Source: Octopus sinensis
Taxonomy: Eukaryota
DNA length: 64,000 nucleotides
Reading direction: 5' to 3'
Assembly (NCBI RefSeq): GCF_006345805.1
Contig: NC_043006.1
Coordinates: forward strand, 83,514,001 to 83,578,000
Shown: positions 24,410-37,748 of the stretch, piece after piece
How the letters are laid out: the number at the start of each line of letters is the position of its first letter
Numbering within the stretch: position 1 is the stretch's first letter
The notes under the pieces: generated by a model
The model's database searches: none
The model's input: only the letters and a program-made list of their open reading frames with translations
What the model was told of the DNA's origin: nothing
Made by a program: the position numbers and the translations under genes

Positions 24410-27391
24410 TTATCACATGAACTACAATGAAAAAATATAGTATTTTATTTTTTTTTTGTGCAAGGGTTACTTAAGACATGTAATTTATTTTAAGGGTAAA
24501 AAGGTTGAGAAACACTGCCCTTACCAATAAACCATGCACCTCTATGTGCACTGTGGTAGATGTAATCAACTAGCCTCCTCGGCCAAAATTTCAGGTTTTG
24601 TACTTATCACAGAAAAGGATTATTATGGTGAAGGGGGCAGATGGATGGATAGACAGAATCAGTTGAGTATTAAACAAAATGCTTCGTATTGTATTGTTCT
24701 AAATATACAAAAAGATGGGAAGGTCATAGCTGGGATGCCTTTGGTCATTGTTCTACTGGATCTGAGCCGATCTAGAGTTAAACAACATCAACAGTCAAGT
24801 TGATAAATCATGTATAACTTTGTACAATAAAATAATACAAAAGATTTTTTTAATTGCCAAAAAGTTACCAGAGAAAAAGAAAAATATAAATGTGTCTAGT
24901 GACATTAATTTTACCACTGACAAAAAAAGCAGTGTCTAGACAGTGAAAGAACAGAGTCCACATTTAATTATTTGATACACCACTTTCTTATATGAATGAA
25001 GTTTTTCTTTTATGAACTCTTTGGAAGCGCTTCTGTTATTTCACACTTAATTGAAAATAGAATTATTTAAGACCTTTCTTCAACTTCCTTTTCACAAATG
25101 TGTGTGTGTGTGTGTGTGTGTGAATTTAAGCAATGTCTCTGAGCTATGAAAAATGTTATAGCTTCTCTTATAATCTTTATAATACTACATTTTTATTGTT
25201 ATGAAATGTGTGTGTGTGTGTGTGTGTGTGTGCAATAATATACATATACACTCATACACACACACAAACAAGAAATTTAACAAAGCTAGTACTTTGGGTT
25301 TTCTGTGGAAGCAGTCTTCAGCAATAAACTTAAGAGTAGATTGCAACATTGGATTCCTCAGTTGATTGAACCAACATCATGTATATTACTGTATTTATTT
25401 TTAATGCTCGCAGAAGAATAAAAGGCAATATCAACTCTGGCACAACTAAAATTAGACATTCTGCTACCTATAACCATTGTTTTATATAAATATGAAAAAT
25501 ATTTTCTTGCAACATTGACCGAGTATTAAAAAAGTTTAATTTCTTTAGTATTTGTTAAATTTAAGAAGTTTTGGTGCTTCATTTATTTCAGAGACATTAT
25601 CGTTAAATGGTTAAGTTTTACAAAACCAGGTAAGGCTTTGTTAGGCATAGTCATGGATGTATGATTCAAAAGTTTACTTCCCAACTACATGGCTTTGGGT
25701 TCAATCCCATTAAATGGCACCTTGCACAAGTGTCTGCTATTATAGCCTTGGACCGACCAAAGTCTCGTCGGTTTGGTAGATAGAAACCGAAAAAGAAACC
25801 CTTCATGGATGTTTGCCTTCTTATCATGACATCTTGTGATAATTGTGTGTGTCATGGAAGCAAGTGAAATTTGGTGACAGAAAGGGCTTCCAGCCAAAGA
25901 AAATTTGCCTCAATAAATTCTGTCTGATCCATGCAAAATATACTCAGATATCACAAATGATATCTTGAGATTGTTTATATAATATACTTAATACTTCCCA
26001 TATAAAAGTTAGCATTATTTGACTCAATAATAACATTTTTTAATTAAATTTTTCTAATATTGAGTGATAAAAGGAAAAGCTATTTCCAGGATTGATTTTT
26101 ATTTTTTCTACCCAACAATAAACTAAAAAAAATAGATACCAGTAATATATTAGAATTAGACCAGTTGGGGCCAGGGTCAACCACACAAAGAATAATTTAT
26201 TACATTTCAAAAAATGCCATTAATTCTATTGAGTAAGATAAGTCTTATGATTTTTTGGAAACATTTTTTGTTTGTTTGAGAAAGTGCAATCACAAAGCAA
26301 CAATAAGCTAATACTTATTAAATGTTTTTGGGAAGATGGAAATCTTCACTTGTGGTCTAAACCTTATAGATGTTCTAAGTTTTACTTTAATTTAGCTGAT
26401 TTGCTATCTTTAATTTTTCCCTGCTCTCTTCAGTACATAAATTGTAAAGTTTTCTATATCAGCATTAAATAGCAATAAACAAATAAAAAAAAACTGGAAA
26501 TAAAGCAAATGTACAAGTATATTTGCAATAAAGGAAGAAGAAAAAGTCAGTTTTGGCTATTTGGAGAGTCACGGTAACCAACTATCTTCTTTGCCAAGGT
26601 CACATTCTCATAGACTTCCTGCAATAAAAACTTCTAAAATGCTGTCAGTAAATAAGACCAGGGGAAATGCTATCCATAATTTAATCTGACTTTGGGATAG
26701 GAATCTTGTCACAAAATGGACATCCATTGTCATTTAAAGCAAGCATTAGTCATAAATTGGGTTATTTGCTATAATTTTCTGTTTTTAAAACTACTCTCAT
26801 CATCTTAATTACCCTGCTGGCTTTTTTTAGCAGCTCAATTATTGACAGAGATTCTCTCTCTTTTTCCAACTAGTTAACTGCTATAATGTGCCAAATCTCC
26901 TCTTTCGCTCAAACAAATCATCGCTAATTGTTCTCCACTTCTTCCAGCGTTGACTTCTGAGTTTTGGAGAGATATTTTTCATTTATTTATTTATTATTAT
27001 TATCATTCTATTTTTTGTTTAGTACTTTTTTCTTTTTCCATACTGTAGTATTCTAACGATATACTATAATTAGATATTTCCTGTAAACTGTCCCTCCACA
27101 GGTCACAGCACTTCTATACCTCTCTTCTGTTTTTTTGGTTCTTTTTTTTGTATGCATATACACTTCTAGTCACTTGCCATCATTTTTATCTACATATCTG
27201 TACCTCAGTTTAGGAGCATATACATATTGTTAGGTGACTAAATACTAGAAGGTTTATTCTCAGAAAACTAAGTTTATGACCATCTCTTCAGTTCCTGGTT
27301 TTAACTTTTTTGCATAAAATTTGCTTGGGAAAGTATATGTTAACATTACACTGCTGACACCCTGAGAAAAGACATTTGCCAATTGGCAAAC

Positions 27392-27433
<42 letters not shown>

Positions 27434-27448
27434 GTGTGTGTTTTTTTT

Positions 27449-27506
<58 letters not shown>

Positions 27507-30500
27507 ATACAATGATTTTGTTTTTCTCCCCTTTCCCTTTTAAAAAAAGCTTCCACTTCATACATTCTGAACTAAGAGAAAGAAGCCGGAAATAATCCCA
27601 AGGCATGCTTCCTGCTTCGTCATGACAGTTATAGCAAGTTAGATTCAAAAACAAATATATTTAAAATAAAAAGGAAATAAGGTTTTCAAAAGCTACTTTT
27701 TAGCAATTTTTGTTTCATTTCTCTTCATACCAGCTTTCAATGACTGTCATTAACAAGCAAATGCATACATTTCTGAAAAATGGTTTTTTTTTAATGTTTT
27801 CTTGATTATGATTATAAAAAAATGTATAATTCCATCATTGAAGTGATGAAAGGAGTGCCCCGCAGTGCTAAACGTAAGATATACATGCATATGAAAACCC
27901 ACACATACACATGAAAACAAATACACTCACACACTTTATAAAATAAAAGTCATTTAGTACAAAAGAGTTTTACAGTTTTTAGTTTATATATAGATATATA
28001 TATTATGGCTGCCCCCTCGTTATCGAGTATGGCCATTGCATGAAGCTTAACTGTTACTGGTGCTGAGATCGAATGTGACTTTTTAGCCCAGCTAAAGATC
28101 TACAATGTCTTGTACAGAACTGCCAACTAAAACCTTTACCAGTAATAGCCGGCTGTAGTTGTAACTGGGCTTCATGTGCCTTTGCATGTCATTTAAGTCC
28201 TGCTGAATTACACTCTCTTCCACATGCCCGACAGATATGATTAGTATGGTGTGTTACACCACCACCAGTGGCCAGGTTGTCACTCATCTATCTCGCTTTA
28301 TGACTAAGAAGATGACTCTTGAGTCCAGCTTTACATACATACATGCATACACGATGGGCATCTTTCAGTTTTTGTCTACCAAATCCACTCGCAAGGCATA
28401 TATATAATTAATTTAAATCACTGGATGGAGTACTTTTTTTAGTTGATGCTACCTCTATTGGATCTGAAACTTTATATATATATATATATAATTGTATGTG
28501 TATATGTATACATACATATATGTATGTAAATATGTATGCATTTATGTATGTATATATGTATGCATATATGTATGTATGTATGTATGTATGGACACACGCA
28601 TACACACACACATGCACACATTTATATTCATACTTTGAAAGTAGTCTTTGATGTGAGAGGTCTAACTCTTATCTAAAGAATGGTAGTTATGTGCATTTCA
28701 ACTTCACATATATTTCAAAGAAACAGATGGCTCTTGTTATCTCCATAAGTTACAAAAACTGTTACATTTTAACAGCTTCTCTTTAGTTAACTTAAAGTAA
28801 ATGTCCCCTAGTCATCTATGGGTTTCTACAGGTTGAAGCTTATATCTAGTTATCTTGACTTATGATAGATGAAGACTTAAGGTCTCTCTCTCTCTCTCCA
28901 GATATTGATGCTGGTCTATATTGCACCATTCGCAGAATATTTACTGCTTGCTCTTGACAGGTGAACTGATGCTAAGTAAAGAAGTGCTAGCAAGTGATAT
29001 AAGAGAGGATGATGGTGATGGTGGTAGGGCATCCCTCATACTTGCAGACTGAGGAGAAGTGGAGGATGAGGAGGGCAAGGGAATGATTGGGGCAATTTCT
29101 GAAATGCCTGAATTTCAGTTCTCAGCTTGCAGTCTCATCTGCAGTTCTGACACTAGTGCAGATGCTTTTTATGTTTCACCAAGAGCATACAAGACAAGGA
29201 CCTCTCAGTTTAAATTGTTATGAACCTTACAGATTGACAAGAGGTGATGGAGAGGTACAAAATGTAATCATTATAGTTCATAGCTCATTAGAAGCGCAAG
29301 GGATAAAGAGCTGGAGAGATCTTGAACTTAATTTATGTACATTCTTGGTGCACATACATAGTTATTTATTGGATCAAATCTCTTTACCAACTTCATTGGA
29401 ACATAGCAAATTATTCAAACCATAGCTACTTTAGCTTAGTTTTTCTTTGTGTAATCATCAGCTTTATTTTTCTATGTCCATGTAACAATAATAAACCAAC
29501 AAACCATATACATACGCATGCACACAGACACTTCTTTCTACTTTTTTTAATGTCTCACTTGCTGAGTGAGACACACAATTAAAAAGTGGAAAGTGGGGCA
29601 ATACCCATGACCTCTGCTGCAGGCTCTCCATGACCAATGAGGTCAATGTAGTTAATATTGCAGATATTTCGGGTCAGCATCTGTAGGAAAGGCATGTGCT
29701 AGGAGGAGATTCCAGAGTGATGTTCAGAGAAGAAAGGACTGGCCATTGTGGTTAATGTCAGAGCAGGGATTGAGCAGTAGGGAATGATGATGCAAGAAAA
29801 AGCAACTTTGTCTAAGAAATGCTGGTACATATGTTAGAAGTAAACAATTATCAGAGATTTATTAGTATCAGGCTGAAAGACTTTTCACTGAATATGCAGA
29901 TATTCCAAATACTTAGGTATACATATGAGTTATGTATAGCTACATGTTTCTGTAATTCCTGTGTCAAAGACTGTATCTACGCACTTCATTTTTGAAACTT
30001 GTTCCAACATGTAATAGCTTATGAATCTAAAGAATTACTAACATTTGTATATTTTGATCTTGGTACAACATATACAGATGCACACACACATACACACACA
30101 CATACTCACAAACATTATATTTATAAGGCATCAGCATTTAACGTCCATGTTCGATGATGTTAATATTGTTAGATAGACTGATAGGTGTGTGTAGTGTAAA
30201 AACTATGCCAAAACAGACACTGAAGCCTGCTGCAGTTTTCTTCTTGGCCAGCTCCTGTTAAGCCGTCCAATCAATGCCAGCATGAAATGCGGATGTTAAA
30301 TGATGAGGATGATGTTATATGGAATGCAAGCACTAAGCAGTGATGTACATAAATACAAACTTGTTACCTGTTGAAATATGCTTGAGACATATTCAGATCT
30401 ATAAAAAAGCCATTCACTGAATGACAATTAGAACTTTTAGCATGTGTTGTTTTGTTTTGAGGTATGTTTGTGCATTTTAATTTTTTTTAAATTTAAAAGA

Positions 30501-33500
30501 TTTGACAAATAAGGATAACATTTTATTAATTCTGGTCAGTCTTAGTGACATGCTATTGTTAGGATATTAGCTAAACACTAGTAATCTATTTTGTCCCACA
30601 GTAGTGTTGGTGGTGGTGACAGCTTAGCATTGAAATCTGTTATTCTTTAATCTGTAGTATGTGCTGTAGGAAAGAGATAATCCTATTTGAGGGACCAATT
30701 CCATTTACGCGATAGTATCAGAAAAATTTGTTTTCCTCTAAGTTTATTTGATAGTTATTTATCAACAGAATTTATCTCTGACTTGACATGTGTCATTTCA
30801 TACTGTATATAATGATTAGAGAAAAATACAACTCTTGTCCTGATTACACGGTTACAGCTTATTATATGGAAACTAATTTTATAAATCCTCTATAATCCTC
30901 ATGTTGACTGATTGCTATTTACAAATGCTGATAAGAAATTTTACAAGCCTTATACTCATTCTACTTTTAACTTCTCTGGAAACTATCTCTTGTGACATAT
31001 ATTTTTGAAATTTGTTACTTCTCTGTGTTATTAAATTAGTATTGTAATTAATTATATATTTGAACTGCGACTTAATCAAGATGTTCTTTCTTCATTTGTT
31101 ATTTTATAGAGAAACTGCTAAATTCAAGTGGACGGGAACTACGTCGAGCTTTATTCTCATTGAAACAAATCTTCCAGGTAAATCTCTTGAATATCTCATT
31201 AATATTGGTAATTTTTACTCATTGTAATGTTCATTAACAATAATGTTCTTCTGTACAAACTCGTTTCCATTGGTGATATCATACTGTTGTATACATGATT
31301 TATTGTGTATTAGATTAAATATATGATTAGTTTCATGAGAAGGAGACTTGATTAATTCTCAGAATATTTTAGGCAAGACTGTGTGGTTAAGAGGTTTGCT
31401 TCCCAACCATGTGATTTGGGGTTCAGCCTTACTGCATGGCACCTTGGGTGTCTTCCACAATAGCCTTGAACTGACAAAAGTCTTGTGAGTGGATCTCGTT
31501 TGTGTGTGAGTGTGTTACTATCTCCTTGTTTTGACCTTGCGCAGTGATTGTAAATGAGTGTCACTATCATATAAGAAGTGTTATTTATTTCCAATCTTCT
31601 GTGAAAACATGCCCAGCCATGAGGAAATATTACCAGTATTACCATGCTTGGAAATGGGTGTATGTTGGTGACTGGAAGAACATCCAGCTGTAGAAAATGT
31701 GTCAATGAATTCTGATCCATACAAACATGGAAAAGTGCACATTAAAATAACGATGGTGATATGACAAGGTAGATATTATGATGATAATGATGATGATGAT
31801 CTGATATGATATGATGGTAATCTATGATATAATGATGATCTGATGATGAGGTTTCATTTTGTACTATGTTACTGTCATTTCATGGCAGAAATTTAATTAC
31901 AGAAAAAGTTCTGTATAATTATCATCATAGACCAATGTAAAATTATATTTTTATAAGATCAATTTTTTTATCCTATTTTGCTAATTGTTCTACTTAGCCA
32001 TTTCTAAACATTTCCTGTACTGTCTGCTACTACTCACAAAAGTATTTTTATCTTATTTAACTACAGGATGACAAAGATTTAGTCCATGAGTTTGTGGAAA
32101 ATGATGGCCTTGACTGTCTCATTAAAGTCGGTGCTGAATCAGACCAGAATTACCAAAATTTTATCCTTAGAGGTTAGATACAATTTTTGCACTTTTCTTC
32201 ATTACATCAAAGTTTTTGTTGCATTCATTAATTGTCATTCTTTAATCTCAACCTGAAAGTTAGTAAGTCATTCATAAATCTCAACTAGAAACTTAGTTTA
32301 TTGTAACAATTACTACTTTAAGCAGTGTGTCTTATCACAATGCTAGAAATTAAGAGAGCATCAAACCTAATTGATTCAAACGAAAATGTCCATTAACCTC
32401 CTATTGGGTTACAGGGTCACCATTAAAAGCTTTGTCTTAATTTAGTGTGCTAACGATGAGTTGACTAACCAAAGACTTACTTCCAAAGCTATTCACCATG
32501 GCTGAAAATTGAAGTTACAAAGAAAAAATGAATTAAAATTAATAAACTTGGAATTGAACCCATTTGGTTGACTCAGATTACTGAGCAAAAGGGAAGCCTC
32601 TATGCAGTCACTTAACTTGCTAGAAACAACAGTTTTATTTCCTTAATCCACTCTGCTTGAAAACCTTTATCATGCATATCTTCTGAGAAACAACCGGTCA
32701 CTTCACTGGTTACAATGAGGATTTCAATCAACAGAACAGCCCACTCTTGAAGTTAATGTGCATATGGCCAAGTGCTCCACAGGCACATGAACCCTTCATG
32801 TAGTTCTCAGGGAGATTCAATCCGACACAGAATGTGACAAGGCTGTCCCTTCAAATTACAGGTACAAATCATTTTTGCCAGCTGCGTGGACTGGAGCAAT
32901 GTGAAATAAAGTGTCTTGCTCAAGGACACAGCACGCCACCTGGGATCAAACTCATGATCTTACAACCACGAGCCAAATGCCCAACCTCTGTGCCACACAC
33001 CTGCACTACACATATGAAAGTGCAATCAGAAACTGCATGTTGAGAAATTGTGTTTCAGGCAAGTCTTAGATAACTTTCAAGAAGTTCTTGTGTCTAGGTA
33101 TACTGTGGCATATAAAATGAAGTATTCTCCACAAAGGCACAATAAAATACCTACAGTGGATTTGAACCTACAAGCTGTGAGCTTATACTTCACTATGGTA
33201 GTCACTATACCACTTTGCTTCTGTTCCTACTGCTAGTTTGATACTTTTGAAATCAATCTGAAAGAAAATACACTTATGTTTTATAAAGTATTTTAATTTG
33301 CTGTTGTTAATTTTTAGTGAAGGCACTTAGCCTAGTGTTGGACCCCCCCCCCAATCTTATAATTGTAGGTTCAATTCCTGGAAAGAACAGCGTGTTGTGT
33401 CCTTGAGGAAGGCACTTTATTTTACATTGCTCTATTACAAACTCATTTGAAAATAAGTTGCAGCCAAGTGTTGGTGCTGCCCTCTCTTCCTTCTGCTGTT

Positions 33501-34470
33501 ATATTTTCACTGTTCTGCTGGATCAGGAAGGACAGGAGATCTGAGAGGGGGACAGCTACAAAGGCATCTTTAACATTTAACAAAATCATTGTACATGCTG
33601 CCAAGTCATACACTCTTGGAAGTAATAGATATGGTTTATGGGTTTTTTTGTTTTTGTTGTTTTGTTTTTTTTGTAAATTTCGTGTGTTCATCCATAAATT
33701 TAATGCCAGTTTCAAAGTTAATTTCTTTTTATTATTTTTCAGCTCTTGGTGTAGTGATGCTCTACGTTGATGGTATGAATGGTGTGATCCGGCATAACGC
33801 AACTGTGCACTGGCTTTACTCTTTACTTTCTTCCAAAGTAAGCTTCCTTGATTTATTTATCAAATATTATTGTCTCAGGAGCAAGCAAGCACTTAATAAT
33901 AAATTGGTAGTGGGGCCCTTAACCTCTGATGAAGTTGTAGGAGCACTGTTACATTATATGGCATGTCTTGACCATTTTAACTCTTTAGCAAGAAAAACCA
34001 GCCACATCTGGCCCAAATTTTCTACCTGTTTTATATTCAAACCAGCAAGATCTCATATCTACCCTACAATGTCATTCTAAAAATAAACTATTACATCATT
34101 GAAATCTCAAAACTATAAGATGGTGCATGACTAATTCAAAAAGTGGGAATAAATGAGAATTACATTTGACAGAGAAATCTGAATGCTAAAGGCTTAGACT
34201 TGGCAGAGCCCTTCTTTGTCCAAGCCTTTTTCTTACAGAGAGAAAGTATATGAAGAAGAGAGTGAGGAACAGAGAGGAAGATAATTCAGCCTAGTACTTA
34301 AATGATACTTTACTTAATATCTTCTGAGACAACTGCGATTGTAGGATGTGGGCCATTGTACAAACCCTCTGTGTAAACACATCTCTAAATGAACCCTTTC
34401 TTTGTAATAAACATATGGTCTTGAAATGTCCATGTATGTATATGTGTGCATATGATATATATATATATGA

Positions 34471-34522
<52 letters not shown>

Positions 34523-34939
34523 GTGTGTGTGTGTGTATGTATATAAGTAGGATTCAGTTGAATTAGGTACTTAAATAGAGCTCATTGGGTTGGAATAATA
34601 TACGCATACAACAATATTATGTAAATATCAAACTTGGTACATAAGTACTGGCCGAATGCTATTCTTGCTGTGTATGTAGACAATTAGACCCAGCTGAGTG
34701 AAGAAACCTGCTCTTGTGTTATTGAGTCAAGTACATTATATTAAATAAATGGTCCATAATATTTACAGAGGACAGATTCTGAGACAGGTGAATAAAATAT
34801 AAATGAGTAACAGTAGAGGTACGGGTGTTAATGTTGTCATTAATCAATTAAATGAGTCATTAGAAACGCCCATAATGGATTGAAACCTGTACCTCTGCTA
34901 TTACTCATTTATATGTATGTGTATATATATGCATGTATA

Positions 34940-34978
<39 letters not shown>

Positions 34979-35412
34979 TATATGTATATATATGTGTGTG
35001 TGTGTGTGTATGTATATAAGTAGGATTCAGTTGAATTAGGTACTTAAATAGAGCTCATTGGGTTGGAATAATATACGCATACAACAATATTATGTAAATA
35101 TCAAACTTGGTACATAAGTACTGGCCGAATGCTATTCTTGCTGTGTATGTAGACAATTAGACCCAGCTGAGTGAAGAAACCTGCTCTTGTGTTATTGAGT
35201 CAAGTACATTATATTAAATAAATGGTCCATAATATTTACAGAGGACAGATTCTGAGACAGGTGAATAAAATATAAATGAGTAACAGTAGAGGTACGGGTG
35301 TTAATGTTGTCATTAATCAATTAAATGAGTCATTAGAAACGCCCATAATGGATTGAAACCTGTACCTCTGCTATTACTCATTTATATGTATGTGTATATA
35401 TATGCATGTATA

Positions 35413-35445
<33 letters not shown>

Positions 35446-37698
35446 TTATATATATATTTATTTATGTATATATGTATGTATATTTATGTATATATGCATG
35501 TATGTATATATGTATATTTATGTATATATGCATGTATGTATATATGTATATTTATGTATATATGCATGTATGTATATATGCATGTATGTATATATGTATA
35601 TTTATAAAACAAATCAAAATAGATGAACATCAATGGAATTTGTATCTTTGTGGTACCAGTGCCGGTGGCACACAAGAGAAAACCATCCGAAAGTGGCCGT
35701 AGCCAGTACCGCATCGACTGGCCTCCGTGCTGTGGGCACATGACAAACACCATCCGATCGTGGCCGTTCGCCAGCCTCATCTAGCACCTGTGTCGGTGGC
35801 ACATAAAAACACCATCCGAAGACCCGGCAAGACTAGTCAGTCCATAACCCATGGCCCCTACCTGGGACGTAGTCAGTCCACCTGTGCATACCTTCCTTCT
35901 TGTGACACTTGTGAAGACCTGTTGAGGCAAGTGTAAATCAAAATCAAAACAAATCAAAATAGATGAACATCAATGGAATCTGTATCTTTGTGGTACCAGT
36001 GCCGGTGGCACACAAGAGAACCATCCGAACGTGGCCGTAGCCAGTTCCGCATCGACCGGCCTCCGTGCTGTGGGCACGTAACAAACACCATCCGATCATG
36101 GCCGTTCGCCAGCCTCATCTGGCACCTGTGTCGGTGGCACATAAAAACACCTTCCGAAGACCCGGCAAGACTAGTCAGTCCACCTGTGCATACCTTCCTT
36201 CTTGTGACACTTGTGAAGACCGGTTGAGGCAAGTGAAAATCAAATCAAATCAAATCAAAATAGACAAAATAGATGAACATCAATGGAATTTGTATCTTGT
36301 GGTACCAGTGCCTGTGGCACACAAGAAATCCATCAGTGCTGTAGTCAGTGCGGTGGGCACATGACAAACACCATCCGATCGTGGCCGTTCGCCAGCCTCA
36401 TCTAGCACCTGTGTCGGTGGCACATAAAAACACCATCCGAAGACCCGGCAAGACTAGTCAGGCCATAACCCATGGCCCCTACCTGGGACGTAGTCAGTCC
36501 ACCTGTGCATACCTTCCTTCTTGTGACACTTGTGAAGACCTGTTGAGGCAAGTGAAAATCAAAACAAATCAAAATAGATGAACATCAATGGAATTTGTAT
36601 CTTTGTGGTACCAGTGCCGGTGGCACGTGGCACACAAGAAAACCATCCGAACGTGGCCGTAGCCAGTACCGCATCGACTGGCCTCCGTGCTGTGGGCACG
36701 TAACAAGCACCATCCGATCGTGGCCGTTTTGCCAGCCTCATCTAGCACCTGTGTCGGTGGCACATAAAAACACCATCCGAGCGTGGCCGTCTGCCAGCCT
36801 CGTCTGGCACCTGTGTCGGTGGCACATAAAAAACACCATCCGAGCGTGACCGTTTGCCAGCCTCGTCTGGCACCTGTATCGGTGGCACATAAAATCACCC
36901 ACTACACTCTCGGAGTGGTTGGCGTTAGGAAGGGCATCCAGCTGTAGAAACACTGCCAGATCTGACTGGACTGGTGCAGCTTTCGGGCTCCCCAGACCCC
37001 AGTTGAACCGTCCAACCCATGCTAGCATGGAAAGCGGACGTTAAATGATGATGATGATGATGATGATGATATGCATGTATGTATATATGTATATTTATGT
37101 ATATATGCATGTATATATGCATGTATATATGTATATATATATGTATGTATATATGTATGTATATATGCATATATGTATATATGTATGGATATATGCAAGT
37201 ATATATGTATATGTATATATATATATGCATATACATACATATATATATATATATGCATATACATACATATATATATATATACATACATGCATGCATGCAT
37301 ACATACATACATGCATACATACTTACATGCATATATATATATATAATATTCTTCAATAATTTTCTCCTACTTAAGTTAACACTTAAATTTATTAATTATG
37401 ATGGAACTACACATTTCAGTATTGGAAGATTACAATATATATACATACACACAAATGTATACATATATGAATAAATATATATATATGCAATCATCAGATT
37501 TATAATTATTCCAACACGTCTTCAGGTTCTTTTTCAAATATTCTTAATATTACAAAGTATAATTTTTATCTTTAATTTTTAATGTTTAATTTATTGCTTA
37601 ATTTAACGCTTATTTTTAAAGGGATGTAAAATTAGATAAACAATACTTTGAAAACGAACCTGAAGATATGTTGGAATAATCGTAAATCTAATGATTGC

Positions 37699-37748
<50 letters not shown>

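Noticed and set aside
28900-29450. ORFs 29087-29425 and neighbours in a GC-richer island
   Set aside because: No splice-compatible FHOD frame or recognisable motif; probably an old retroelement remnant I cannot classify
34547-35019. Retrozyme-like tandem unit with a hammerhead
   Set aside because: No CUGANGA core on either strand of the unit; only a vague ATGAGTC...GAAAC remnant
35606-36900. Repeat-spacer-like appearance suggesting a CRISPR array
   Set aside because: Eukaryotic intron; the intervening segments are homologous to each other rather than unique spacers, and there are no cas genes
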